Shown here: positions 51,717-63,273 of the stretch, one piece after another
Layout of the letters: every line of letters begins with the position of its first letter
How positions within the stretch are numbered: position 1 is the stretch's first letter
Assembly (NCBI GenBank): GCA_963749495.1
Contig: CAVVMW010000006.1
Span: forward strand, 640,001-704,000
Direction of reading: 5' to 3'
Source of the DNA: an uncultured bacterium
Lineage (GTDB): Bacteria > Verrucomicrobiota > Verrucomicrobiia > Limisphaerales > UBA8199
Length of the DNA: 64,000 bases
Notes under the pieces: generated by a model
Databases searched by the model: none
Seen by the model: the letters and a program-made list of their open reading frames with translations, nothing else
Told to the model about the DNA's origin: nothing
Position numbers and translations under genes: made by a program

Positions 51717-51838
51717 CAGCTCAACGTCTATTTGTCAATCGTGAGACTCGTTCACCACCGATGAAATTCACTTTTTGCCTTGCGGTCAAGCTTCTCTTGC
51801 GGGCAAGGCCTCAGTGCAGGCCGGAGCGGCACGGGGGC

Positions 51839-51893
51839 CGACCCCTCACCCCGGCCCTCTCCCCTTCGGAAGGGGAGAGGGTTGGGGTGAGGG
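51839..51893. repeat. REP-like palindrome cccctcaccccggccctctcccc...ggggagaggg
   Basis: Inverted pair of the same motif at 55507-55653. Confidence 0.85.
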
Positions 51894-52002
51894 GTCCGGG
51901 CGGGACTGTCCTCGCCTCCACCGACCGCTTGCTCTTGCGGCGCAACTTCTCTTGCCTGTTTCCGGGCGCGGCCCTAAGCTGTCCCTGATTCAGGTGAATC
52001 CA

Positions 52003-52807
52003 ATGGAGTCTAAGTACGTCGAGAACAAATCGGTACTGGGCGCGCTATACGGGCGGGCCGGAGGCGGCGTTGCGCGAGTCGCACGCGCGGCGGGCGACGG
52101 AGTTTGCGGACGAGGCGGAGTGGTTCCGGTGCGTGAAGGAGGATTTCCCGAAGTACCTGCCGGTTCTGAAAGAGCATTGCGGGATCGAGTTCTTCGGGCG
52201 CATCCTGGAGATCGGCGCCGGCGGCGCCTGGCTGAGCGCCGAACTGTCCAAGCAGCCCCGGGTGGTCGAGGTCACCGCCACCGACTTTTCCCCGGCGCTG
52301 CTCAAGGAGCAGGCGCCCCGCGTCTTTGCCCTGCTCAACGCCAACACGGCCAAGATCACCCGCACCCCGGGAGACTTCCACCAACTGGATTTCCCGAACG
52401 ACCACTTCGATTTCGTGGTCAGTTCCGCCGTGCTGCACCACGCCACCAACATCGTCCAGGTCCTGCGCGAGGCCAAGCGCGTCCTCAAGCCCGGCGGCCA
52501 ATTCGTCGCCATCCGCGAGCCCGTCTGGCCACTGGTCAAGATCAAGTCCCGCGCCAAGATGCTCCAGAAGCTTGTGGCCACGGGCGTCAACGAGCGCTTT
52601 TACACCCTGGCCGACTACAAGGAGTTCTTCCGCCAGGCCGCCCTGCCCATGGAGGTCAAACCGGTGAACCTGGCCCACGGCTTCAAATACTACGTCAACG
52701 AGATGGTCAATGGCCTCACCCACGCCCGCTATGCCTTTGTGGGGACCAAGAGACCACGGGACCACGGGACCACAGGACCACGGGACCGAAGGGAAGAAAG
52801 GGACTAA
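52003..52807 (+). CDS. Class I SAM-dependent methyltransferase, frameshift near 52058
   Basis: ILEIGAGGAW, FDFVV..AVLHH, VLKPGG. Confidence 0.9.
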
Positions 52808-52853
52808 AGGGACGAAAGGGACTTAAGGGACCCTTTTCGTCATTCGTCATTCG

Positions 52854-53636
52854 TCATTCGTCATTCGTCATTCGTCCCTCCGCACTCCGTTGCCGTTCCC
52901 AAAGCTTGGCGTATTTGAGGAACGTGTAATAGGCATAGAGGCCGGCCAGGACCAACCCGTAGCGGCCGTCGCGGAAGCCTTGCTGGAGCAGGAAGATGCG
53001 CAGGAAGATGCCGGCGGGGCTCAGGAGCATCCGGTGAAGGGAGGCGCGTTTGCCGGCCTGGGCGTAGCGTTGGGCCATGAGGGTGGAATAACGCTGCAGT
53101 TTGGCGGTGGCGATTTCGAGGGTGTCCCAGGGATATTGGAGGACGTGCTGGCGGAGGTAGCCCAGGCGGCCGTCGAGGGTGTAGCTCTCGTGTACGGATT
53201 CGTCGTTGTAACGGAAGTGCCGGCGGTCGAACAATTGCGGCTGGCGGTAATCCGGGTACCAGCCTGAGTGGCGCATCCAATGGCCCAGGAAGTGGCTCTT
53301 GCGCGGGACATGGTAGGCCTCGGCGCGGGGGGCCGGCAGTTCCCGGCGAATCTCCTCCGCCAATTCGGGGGTACACCGTTCATCGGCATCGATGCTCAGG
53401 ACCCAGTCGTGCCGGGCGGCGGCCAGCGCCAGGTTGCGCAGCGGGCCGAAGCCGCAGAAGGACTCCTGGAGCACCCGGGCATGGTACTCCCGCGCGATCT
53501 CGACCGTCCCGTCCGTGCTGAAGGAATCCATCACCAGGATTTCTTCTGCCCACTTCACGCTCTCCAGCACGGCCCGGAGCTGCCGCGCTTCATTGAGCGT
53601 GAGGACATAGACCGTGACCGGCGGGCCAGTGTTCAT
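52854..53636 (-). CDS. Glycosyltransferase family 2 (WaaE/KdtX-like)
   Basis: TLNEA, DSFSTDGT, IDADE, WYPDY, GFRDG. Confidence 0.92.
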   Translation of the reverse strand: MNTGPPVTVYVLTLNEARQLRAVLESVKWAEEILVMDSFSTDGTVEIAREYHARVLQESFCGFGPLRNLALAAARHDWVLSIDADERCTPELAEEIRRELPAPRAEAYHVPRKSHFLGHWMRHSGWYPDYRQPQLFDRRHFRYNDESVHESYTLDGRLGYLRQHVLQYPWDTLEIATAKLQRYSTLMAQRYAQAGKRASLHRMLLSPAGIFLRIFLLQQGFRDGRYGLVLAGLYAYYTFLKYAKLWERQRSAEGRMTNDE

Positions 53637-53774
53637 CCCGCAAGTTGTTACGCCCGCTTTGGAGGGCGGGCAAGATAAAGTTCAAATGACGAATGACGAA
53701 TGACGAATGACGAAGGGGCGGCGCGGATCCTCCGGAGGCATGTTCGTCATTCGTCATTCGTCATTCGTCATTCG

Positions 53775-54255
53775 TCATTCACCGCCGCGCTGCCCGGCGA
53801 AGAAGGCGCGGAGCAGGGCGCGGCACTCGGCCTCGCGCACCCCGCCCGTAATCGCGCACCGGTGGTTCAACGTCGGAAACTGCAGCAGGTTCAAGGCGCT
53901 GCCAGCCGCCCCGGCCTTGGGGTCGCTCGCCCCGAAGACCACCCGCGCCAGGCGCACGTGTACCGCCGCCCCGGCGCACATCGGGCACGGCTCTTTGGTC
54001 ACGTAGAGCGTACACCCCGTCAACCGCCAATCCCCCAGCGCCTCTTCCGCCTGCGTCAAGGCCAGCATTTCCGCGTGAGCCGTGGCGTCTTTGAGCAACT
54101 CGACTTGATTGAAGGCGCGCGCAATGATGCGTCCGTCGTGTACCACCACCGCCCCGATGGGCACCTCCTTCGCCTCGAGTGCCCGCGTCGCCTGGCGCAA
54201 GGCCTCGCCCATGAAGTGCGTGTCGCTGTGAAGATCAAGGATCAGAATCGTCCAT
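53775..54255 (-). CDS. tadA: tRNA adenosine deaminase; its own ATG at 54255 is one base out of frame
   Basis: EVPIGAVVV, TAHAEM, EPCPMCAGA, DPKAGA. Confidence 0.92.
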
Positions 54256-54935
54256 GGCTCAGGGGGAGGAGTGCCGAGGGTCGAGGGACGAGGGTCGAGG
54301 GCCGAAGGCAGGGGATCGTCGATTCCATAAACCAGGCCGTCCTCTCTGAGGTAAGTCGTTTTGGCCGGAGGGGTTTGGGGGGCGTTTCGCAGGGTCTCGA
54401 TCGAGCTTGTCAGTATCCCGATGATTTCATCGAGGAGCCTGAGTCGTTCCTCCTCCAGCGTCCACTCGTTGCGCCCGTCCGGCCCGCAGTGGCAGTGCGC
54501 GGCGAAGAAGCCGCCCCGGTGTTGCCAGAACCAGGGCCAGATTCGTTCCCGGTCCGTCTGCGGCAGGGCCAGCGCGGCCATTGCCTCGCACGCGAAGAAC
54601 TCGAAGCGCCCCTCGCGATGGGGCGGGGGCAGGCAGGCCAGCCTGGGTCTGACCTCGAAGAGGAACATGAGCCAATGACCCTGCCCCGCGTAGCCGTGTT
54701 CGCTGACCAGACCGGTCAGGCTCAGGTCGCCGGGCCGCAGGCCCAGGCCCAACTCCTCCTGCGCCTCACGGCAGGCGCAGGCATAAGGCGACTCGCCCGT
54801 GCCGGTGCGCAGTTTGCCCCCGGCAGGGCTCCACAGGCCCAGGTTCGGCTCCTGCGCCCGTTCCATCAGCAGCACTTCATCCCGCTCGTTGAAGCAATAG
54901 AGCAGCGTCGAAATCGTGTAGGGCAGCGGGGCCAT
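54256..54935 (-). CDS. NUDIX hydrolase with a C-terminal extension resembling a four-helix-bundle protein tail
   Basis: GGKL...GESPYACACREAQEELG; then LLDEIIGILTSSIETLR. Confidence 0.85.
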
Positions 54936-55258
54936 CGTCATAACACCAGACAACACACTCGGGGCGATGGGCAGCGAACACAAGACGAAAGGCGGGATGG
55001 GCGTGGGCTCCGTCAATGCGCAGCGCGGTGCCGAATGACGAATGACGAATGACGAATGACGAATGACGAACATGCCTCGCGCAGACCCGCACCGCCCCTT
55101 CGTCATTCGTCATTCGTCATTCGTCATTCCAGCTTTCGTCATTCGTCATTCCTCATTCGCCATCCTTGACACACCGGGCGTGGTTATCGCACTCTGGGGA
55201 TGCTCAACGGATTGGGTCGCGATAGAGGATCGGGCTGGTCCTGCGGCGGAAAGCTTGA

Positions 55259-55459
55259 ATGTTTGGCCTTGGCAAGAACAAGCGCAAGAATAAAGACAGA
55301 AAACACGAACGGTTCTATCTTCTGCCCGGCCAGGGCGGCAGGGCGAGAATGCGCAAGCAGCGGATGATTATGAGGTGGACGATCGCCACCGGCCTGCTCT
55401 TTTCGTTCCTGGTCGCCTGTCTGCTCTACGTCATGCACCACCTGCAGTACCGCCGGTAG
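55259..55459 (+). CDS. Small basic single-TM protein
   Basis: MFGLGKNKRKNKDRKHERFYLLPGQGGRA followed by a TM segment. Confidence 0.7.
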   Translation: MFGLGKNKRKNKDRKHERFYLLPGQGGRARMRKQRMIMRWTIATGLLFSFLVACLLYVMHHLQYRR

Positions 55460-55744
55460 GAACCGCGGGCGCAAATCAGGCCCTTGTCGCACGAAGCCCC
55501 GGAGGGACCCCTCACCCCGGCCCTCTCCCCTTCCGAAGGGGAGAGGGAGAAGCGTCGGCAGTCTCTTGAACTTCCAGGCATCGCTGGTTTCTGGAGCGGC
55601 CGCGGAGAGTTCTCCCTCTCCCCATCCGATGGGGAGAGGGCCGGGGTGAGGGGTCTGCCGGGGACTCTGTTTCCGCTTTCACCGATTACGCCCGGCCTTT
55701 TGTTTTCAATTGCGAGCGGCGCGGCCCGGGTATATGACAGGTTC

Positions 55745-57513
55745 ATGACTCGCTTGGTTATGACGGCGGCTTGCGTCGGGCTTTGTGTTTCGTCCGGCCT
55801 CGGGCCCAGTCTCAGACTTCGGCAGCGGTCCCCGATCTGATCCTGCACCATGGCAAGGTGGTGACGGTCGACAAGGGTTTCTCGATTCATGAGGCCATCG
55901 CCATACAAGGCGAGCGCATCCTGGCAGTGGGGTCGAACGCGGAGGTCCTGGCCCGAAAAGGGCCTGGGACCGAGACCGTGGATTTGGCGGGCAAGATGGT
56001 GGCGCCCGGATTCATCGATTGCCACACCCACCCGCTGGAGTCCAGCCTGGTGGAGTTCGACCATCCGATTCCGCAGATGGATTCGGTGCAGGACGTGCTC
56101 GACTATTTCAGGGCGCGGGCCAAGGCGGTCCCGGAGGGGGAGTGGATTGTGCTCAGGCAGGTCTTCATCACGCGCTTGCGCGAGCAACGCTATCCGACCC
56201 GCGCCGAACTGGATGCGGCCGCACCCCGTCATCCCGTGGTCTTTGCCACCGGCCCGGACGCGATGCTCAATACGGCGGCGCTCAAGCTCAACGGCATCAA
56301 CCGCAATTACCAGATCCCGGGCGGCGGGCCCGGGCTGGTGGAAAAGGACCCGCAGACGGGCGAGCCGACGGGCTTGCTGCGCACCTTCGCGCGCTTTGTC
56401 AAGGTGCCGGCCGTTCGGGCGGCAGCCGACCCGGAGGACCAGGCGCGATGCCTGGCGGAGCTGTTCCACGACTACAACTCCGTGGGCATCACGGCGGTCT
56501 GCGAGCGGGACGCCTATCCCGATCAGATCCCCATCTACGAGGCGGTGCGCCGGAGCGGCCACGCTACGATGCGTGTGGCCCTCTCGCATCACGTGGATTC
56601 GGAGGGCGACCTCGACAGCGTTCGCGCCGCCATCCGGCGGGTGGCGGAGCACCCGCTGTTCCGGAACAAAGACCCGATGCTCCGCATCATTGGGATCAAG
56701 ACTTACCTGGACGGCGGCATGCTCACCGGCAGCGCCTATATGCGCCAGCCCTGGGGGGTGAGCGCCATGTACGGGATAACCGACCCCGCCTACCGGGGCA
56801 TCCGGTTCATTCCCCAGGAGCGGCTGATCGAGATGGTGCGCGCGACGGCCCAGGCCGGCCTCCAATTCACCGCGCACAGCGTTGGCGACGGGGCCGTACA
56901 CGCCCTGTTGGATGCCTACGAGGAAGTCGGCAAGGACTTGCCTGTGCGCCCGACGCGTCCCTGCGTGTCGCATTCCAATTTCATGAGCCGGGAGGCGGTC
57001 CAGAAGGCGGCGCGGCTGGGCGTGATGCTGGACATCCAGCCGGCCTGGCTCTACCTGGACACCCGCACGCTGGTCAAGCAGTTTGGCTACGAGCGCCTGC
57101 GCTATTTCCAGCCGTTGCGCAGTATCTTCGAGGCGGGCGCGGTGGCCGGCGGCGGCTCCGACCACATGCAGAAGCTGGGTTCGCTGCGCTCGAACAATCC
57201 CTACAACCCGTTCCTCGGCATGGCCACCACGGTCACCCGGCAGGCGCGGTGGTTTGAGGGCCGGTTGCACCCGGAAGAGGCCCTCTCGCGCGAGCAGGCC
57301 CTCCGCTTCTATACGATCAACAGCGCCTCCATTATGTTCCTGGACGACCTCGCCGGCTCGCTCGAACCCGGCAAGCTGGCCAACCTGGTCGTCCTGGACC
57401 GGGACCTGTTGACCTGCCCCGACAATCAAATCCTCGGCACCCAAGTCCTGCGGACGTACCTCGGGGGAAAACTGGTTTACGGCGCCCCCTCGAGGTCCCA
57501 GGCGCCCCCGTAA
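55745..57513 (+). CDS. Amidohydrolase 3 (YtcJ-like), frameshift near 55795
   Basis: PGFIDCHTH, LDGG, AHSVGD, GGSD, GSLEPGKLA. Confidence 0.9.
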
Positions 57514-57514
57514 T

Positions 57515-57560
57515 CTGTCCGACCGGTCCGACCAGTCTGACCAGTCCGACCGGTCCGACG
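57515..57560. repeat. 9-mer tandem array (gtccgaccr)n
   Basis: Direct reading; related array at 43129-43159. Confidence 0.85.
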
Positions 57561-57567
57561 CGCCTTT

Positions 57568-59612
57568 CTACTTTCCGACAACAAACTTCTCCTGCGCGCC
57601 TGCGGCGCGGTAGAGGGCGGCGGCGGCCTCTTCGCAACCGTTGGCGGGGCCGGCCAGCATGATGGGCCGCGGGGCGAGCAGGCCCATGGCTTGAGGGACA
57701 TCGCACACGCGGAGCACGTTGAGCAGCGCCGGGGCCACGTTGTCCATATGACTGGGCGGGACACGCGAGAGCGCCAGGCCGGCGATGTCCGGTTCGAGCA
57801 GGGCCGCGTAAATCGACCAGACGGCGCCCGGGCCTTCGCCGGCCAGGAACACGTCGGTTTGCGGGCCGTGCAGGGCGCGCAGATACCGCGCGGCGGCGGC
57901 CAGGTCCCACACGCGGCCGCTGTCAACGGTCCGCCCGAGCAGGAAATGCGAGCGGGCAACGTAGTTAGGCGGGTTCTTCTCCGTCCAGTGGCTGCTGCCG
58001 ATGCCTCGAGGCTCGCAGACATAGATGGCATCGTGCTCGCCGGCCAGGCCGTCGAGCCAGGCGGGCGGGAGGTCGTCCAGGCTGGAGTTCACCGCCAGCA
58101 GCCAGACGCGAGTCGCGCCGGCGGTCGGGAGCCGCGCCGCCCGCAGCGCAATATGGATCGGGCCTTCGGTCCCCAGCTCAACGACGTTCCCGACGGCGGT
58201 CCCGAGGATCCTGGCGGGCGGAACCCGGTCGGGGAAATGGTGAAAAGTAAGCCGCCGCAGCTTGGCCAGCCGCGCCGTTTTCCAGGCCTCGAACTGGCCC
58301 GGCTCGGGTGTTTCGGCCCTTGCCATCGGCACAAACTCGCGGTCGATGCGGGAGTTGATGGCGTCGGCGGGCAGGTCGGAGTCCTGGGGGAACACCCGCA
58401 ATTGTTCGGGCGGGATGGGATGGGTTGCGTTTGGGCCGCTGGAGACCAGGTCCACCTCGCTGTCGAGAACGGGGCGGGGGTCGTTTTTGAACTGGATGTT
58501 CATGAAGCGAAATGCGGCCTGGCGGATGTCCTGCCGGTAGGCATGGCCGCCAACGCTCACGACGGCATCCACCAGGTCACCGGCGCCGAAGAGGCTGTAG
58601 AGCCGCTCGAGCCGGTTGATGACCCGTTCATTGCCGTACATGGGGAAGATAGTGTCGGCATCGCTGTTCACGAACAAGAGGGGCCTCGGGGCGATGAGCC
58701 CGGGGATGCGCGCCCAGGGCCATTGAAAGGTGTTGTAGAGGAACATGCAATCGCAATGGCCGTTGATGACGCGGCTGGGCACGTAGGCCAGCAGGTCGCT
58801 CAGGCCGCTGACGGGCACGGCGGCTTTGACGCGCTCGTCTGCGGCGGCTATCCAGAAGGTTGCCGCGCCGCCGCCGCTGATGCCGCTCACCCCGATGCGC
58901 TCCGGATCGACCTCGGGACGGCCCTGGAGGTAATCAATGCCCCGCACGCCATTCCAGCATTCCACGCCGGCAGGCGTGTACCCTCGAGAGAGCCACCACC
59001 AGCGGCCCTCGCGGTAGGTGCCGTGATGGGTGCAGGTTAGCTCACCCAGCTCGATCGTATCCAGGACCAGGCAAAGGTAGCCGTGGCGCGCAAACCAGAT
59101 GCCGTGTGACTGGTAGGCGGTCTTGTTCCCGTTCCGGCCCATCCCGGAGTGTCCGCACACATAGAGGATAGCCGGGCAGCTTCTCGCCCGCCGGGCTCTT
59201 GGCCGGCCGATAGAGATTTCCCGTGACGTAAAGGCCCGGCCGGCTCTGGTAATGAAGCATCTCGACCACATAGTCTCCCCGGTCGAGGGTCCGGGTAACG
59301 GCCGCCCGCAACGGCCCCTTTTCCAGCAGGGGCCACAGGCCGAGCATGTCGAAGTACTCCTCCTTGAAACGCGGACGCGCCCCCATCCAGTCCGCGGCGG
59401 ATTTGATGTCCGCGGGAAAACCCGCCTCGATCTTCTCGGTCTCCTGCCGAAGATCAGGCCTGGATCATCGCGTCCCCGGGCGCGGCGCGATCCGGCTCGT
59501 CGTAGGTCTGGGCTAAAGCGGCGCATGGACAAAAGAAGCACTGGGCTGCGAGCAGGAGCAACGATGCGGCAGCGGTCTTCTTTGCGGCACGTGGGAGGTT
59601 CTGGGAGTTCAT
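57568..59612 (-). CDS. Secreted alpha/beta hydrolase (acetylxylan-esterase-like), frameshifts near 59460 and 59180
   Basis: YVCGH, GISGGG, GHCDCMF; N-terminal pieces lie in ORFs 59042-59386 and 59454-59675. Confidence 0.85.
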
Positions 59613-60970
59613 ATTGTCATGCAGTGGAGGGTCATGGGCGGGTCCGATATTGGGCCGAGCGGAGCGGGGCTGCAACCAGAATCCATGTGCATCATGCGCA
59701 GCAGTTCGGCCGTGGCCTCATCGGACATGAGGTTGACCTTGCCGAGGTGGCGGGCGTCGATGACGGCCTCGGCGGTGGCTTCGAGGACTTCGAGGCGGTC
59801 GTAGGCATCGAGCACGCTCGAGCCGCAGACCAGCACGCCGTCGTTGTCGAGCAAGGCGATGGGCTGCCGGGCGGAGACCCGCTGCGCGAGGGCGGCGGGG
59901 TCCCGGAACTGGAGGCCGAAGGGGATGCGGGCGATTTGGCGGAGAAAGACGAAGCTCTCCGGGATGGTGCGGCAGTCCAGGAGGGCGCCGGTGACACTGA
60001 ATGCGGTGGCATTGACGGTGTAGGCGTTGACGATGGCCTGGATGGCGGGGTGGCGCTGGTAGATGGCCTGGTGGTTGCGGCTGGCCCGGCTTGGGGCCTT
60101 GCCCGCCTCGGCCGCGCCGTCCCGCACCAGCACGATGTCGTCCGGCTCCACCGTGTTGCGGTCCACGCGGTAGGGGGTGATGAGGAACGAGCGGGCGTCC
60201 AGGCGGGCCGAGAAACTGCCTTCCGTGCTGATGAGCAGGCGCTGCTGGCAACCGCGGCGGACGAAATCGCACAATCAACGCCGCACCTCCAGCTCGCGCC
60301 GCTGGGCGCCTTTGTGCTCGAAGGCGGGCATGGGGACGAATGTGCGGCGAGGCAATTCGACCTGCTCGAGTGTGAGGTAGTTGACCGTGCCGAGTGTCTT
60401 GGCCGTGATGATGGTCTTGGCGGTGAACTCAAGCGTCTCGAACCGCTGAAAGGCCTGCTGCAGGGTCTGGCCGCCCACCACCACGCCGTGGTTTTCCATC
60501 ACCATGCAGGAGCCGCCCCGGGCAAAGGCCTCGGCCACGCTCGAGGCCAGGGCCTCGCTGCCGGGCAGGGCGTAGGGGGCAAAGCCGGCCTCGCCGCAGA
60601 CGTGCTCGGCCTGGTGGAGCAAGCGGGTGTTGGGGACCTGGCCGCAGATGCTGAAGGCAACCAGGCCTACCGGGTGGGCGTGTACGATGGCGCACAGGTC
60701 GGGCCGCGCCAGATAGACCGCCCGGTGAAATGGAAACTCAGACGAGGGTTTGTGGGCGCCCACAACGCTCCCGTCGGCCTTCACGCACACGATGTCCTCC
60801 CGCCGCAGCCCGCCCTTGTCAACCCCGGCGGGCGTGATCCAGATGGCGCCGTCGGCCTGCCGGATCGAGATGTTCCCCCGGAACGTCGTCGTCATCCGGT
60901 AGCGGTAGATCCGCTCCATCGTCCGCAGAATGTCCTCCGCGGGGTGAACCGGTGGGCTTTGTACGCTCAT
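59609..60970 (-). CDS. Class II aldolase/adducin with two tandem domains, frameshift near 60275
   Basis: PSSEFPFH, VHAHP and MENHG in domain 1; NAY and DNDG at the equivalent positions in domain 2. Confidence 0.88.
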
Positions 60971-61097
60971 GAAAGCAGAATAAGGGAGCGGCGGGCAGAT
61001 GCCATGAAAAAGGGAGCCAACTCTCCGCACGGGGCGCATCTGTCCAGTACCACCACGGCATGAGGAGTCACGCCCAACGCTGGCAAACCTGATCCAT

Positions 61098-61288
61098 CCC
61101 GAAGGGATCGGAATCACTCAGCCCAGGGTTGCCCGGAACGCGCTACCCTGGGTCGCTCCACCTCTGATCAACAACCCTGAAAGGGTTGCATCGCTGCTGA
61201 AACGCTTTCAGCGTTTTGAGGGTTTGGTGGCCCCACACCCAGGGTAGCGCGTTCAACCCTGGGCTGAATGATCAAAAGCCCTTCGGGC
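61098..61288. repeat. REP doublet without a transposase gene
   Basis: cccgaaggg..cagcccagggttg..gctaccctgggt / acccagggtagc..caaccctgggctg..cccttcggg. Confidence 0.8.
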
Positions 61289-61697
61289 TACTGAGGGGGT
61301 GCCCCGCGGCCCTCTCTCCGCCGTGGTGGTTCTGTCGAGATGCGCCCCTCCGCGCGTCAGCCGCCGCCTGCTGCCCTGCGAGGCGCCTCACTGGGCTCCG
61401 CCATCGAGGTGCTCTCATTATAGGGGCCAACCCCGCGTCGGACCGGCCAAACAGAGGGAGCCAGTGCGGTCACTTGGACGAACAGCATCCGGGCAAAAAT
61501 GGCATTCTCCTGAAACCCTTCGCCACGGAATAGCGGGCATGCTATGGATTGACCCCATCTCCTGGCCCGTAGCACCTCCTGCGGCCTGCGGGGGGCGGAT
61601 CCGGACATTGCCCCCGCGCGCGGCCGGATGCGCCCGCCTGCGCGTTCAGCGCTCGTTCGGTATTGACCATGGTGCCTCAGTTGTTTACAATGGAAAC

Positions 61698-62102
61698 ATG
61701 AGCACGAAGACGGCGACGCTCGGCGTGAGAATGCCGAAAGCCACCAGCGAGTCCATCCGCCAAATTGCCCAGAGCCACGGGCGCACGCCCAGCGACTTGC
61801 TGGCCGAGTATGCCGAGGAAATCGCGCGGCAGCACCGTTTCTGCCACATTGAATTCCGCCAGACGCCCCTCGGCCGGATGGCGTACGTTGAAGGGACGCG
61901 TTGCGCGGTGTGGCTCATTTGTGATCTGGTGCGTCAGAATGGGAACAACATCGCCCGAACCGCGAAGCGCCACCAATGGCCCGAGACGAAGGTGCGCGCG
62001 GCGATGAACTACGCCCGGGCCTATCCCGAGGAACTCGAACCGTTGATCGAGCGGGCGGGGAACATGACTGAGGAAACCTTGCGTCAGTTGAACGCAGCGT
62101 GA
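61698..62102 (+). CDS. RHH + DUF433-like antitoxin
   Basis: LGVRMPK; GRMAYVEGTRCAVW; VRAAMNYARAYPEE. Confidence 0.8.
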   Translation: MSTKTATLGVRMPKATSESIRQIAQSHGRTPSDLLAEYAEEIARQHRFCHIEFRQTPLGRMAYVEGTRCAVWLICDLVRQNGNNIARTAKRHQWPETKVRAAMNYARAYPEELEPLIERAGNMTEETLRQLNAA

Positions 62103-62103
62103 C

Positions 62104-62466
62104 ATGCTGCGCCTGCTCACCGACAGCCACGTACCGCCTGCGATTGCCAGAGCCTCCCGCAAATTGGCGGCGATCAACATCACTGCCCTGCGCGATTGGC
62201 ACGCCGGCAGCTATTTGCACGAATCCGATGCGCGGCTACTGGCTCTGGCTTGGGAGGCACGGCTGACCCTGATCACCTACGACGTGAATACTTTTCCGCT
62301 GGCGGTAAAGGATCGCTTGCAGGTTGGTCTGGCTCACGCTGGGGTTATTTACGTTTCCCGCCGGTACCGCCAAAATGCGATTGGCGCGATTGCCAAGGGC
62401 CTGGTGACGTTGTGGCGGGCCGAGAAGGACTTGGACTGGACGAATCGGATCCGGTTTCTCGATTGA
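62104..62466 (+). CDS. DUF5615 PIN-like toxin
   Basis: LLTDSHVP, SDARLL, LITYD, HAGVI; adjacent to the antitoxin. Confidence 0.8.
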   Translation: MLRLLTDSHVPPAIARASRKLAAINITALRDWHAGSYLHESDARLLALAWEARLTLITYDVNTFPLAVKDRLQVGLAHAGVIYVSRRYRQNAIGAIAKGLVTLWRAEKDLDWTNRIRFLD

Positions 62467-62791
62467 GTGGGACCTCACTTGAAAAAGGGGGGGCCGCCGT
62501 TAGCCTGGCTTCGGTTGACGCAGGGCACAGCATGGCGCCAATGTGGTGTCCCCGAAATGGAGCCATTTCGGCGACACCACACTAGATTGCTTTATGGCAA
62601 CGGCAACCATTGCACTGCCACCCGAGCGAGAGCAAACCGCCGCGAATCTTCGCCGTTGGGCCGAACTGCTGGCGGACCGGGGTTTGGCAGAGTGATTGGG
62701 CTTCGGCGAGCTTATCGGCGGCGATCCAGATCATCGCACCAGCTGATTCGCGCCCCGGCGCGAGGTGATCCGCCCCGGCGCAAGGGCCAGG

Positions 62792-62958
62792 TCAAACCTC
62801 GATGCGTCCCTCGAAGACGAAATCCCCCGGGCCGGTGAGGCGCACATTTCCAAAACTCCCGTTCGTGTCCTCGAAGCTCAGTTCCAACGAGGCTCCGCCC
62901 TGGACCTGGACGGCCACCGGCAACTTGAATCCGTGCATGCGGGAGGCCACCAAGGCCG
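62792..62958 (-). pseudogene. dapF: Diaminopimelate epimerase 3' fragment
   Basis: LVASRMHGFKLPVAVQVQGGASLELSFEDTNGSFGNVRLTGPGDFVFEGRIEV*. Confidence 0.7.
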
Positions 62959-62959
62959 T

Positions 62960-63056
62960 AAAGGGGTAAAGGGGTCGCCCACCTGGCTATAAAGGGGATC
63001 ACCCAGTTAATGAGAATGTACTATTATGACAACCTCATTAACTGGGCGACCCCTTT
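62960..63056. repeat. AAGGGGTC-type inverted-repeat unit with no gene inside
   Basis: aaggggatcacccagttaatgag ... ctcattaactgggcgacccctt, preceded by aaggggtaaaggggtcgccc. Confidence 0.75.
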
Positions 63057-63273
63057 TCGCACCTTGACGAGCCAGAACATTAGAAGGATGCCCGAAAAAA
63101 GGACCAAAGCGATTCGCTCCTTGGCTTCGGGCTTTTCTCTTGCTTCTGTATCGCTCATCAGGGTAGTTTTTCGGGGTGTGCGTCCGGGGCGCCACTATGA
63201 AGCGAGTTGCCCGGTGGATTCATGGAGTTCAATATACAGACGGCTCGTTGTATGTTCATTGTTCGACACAGCT

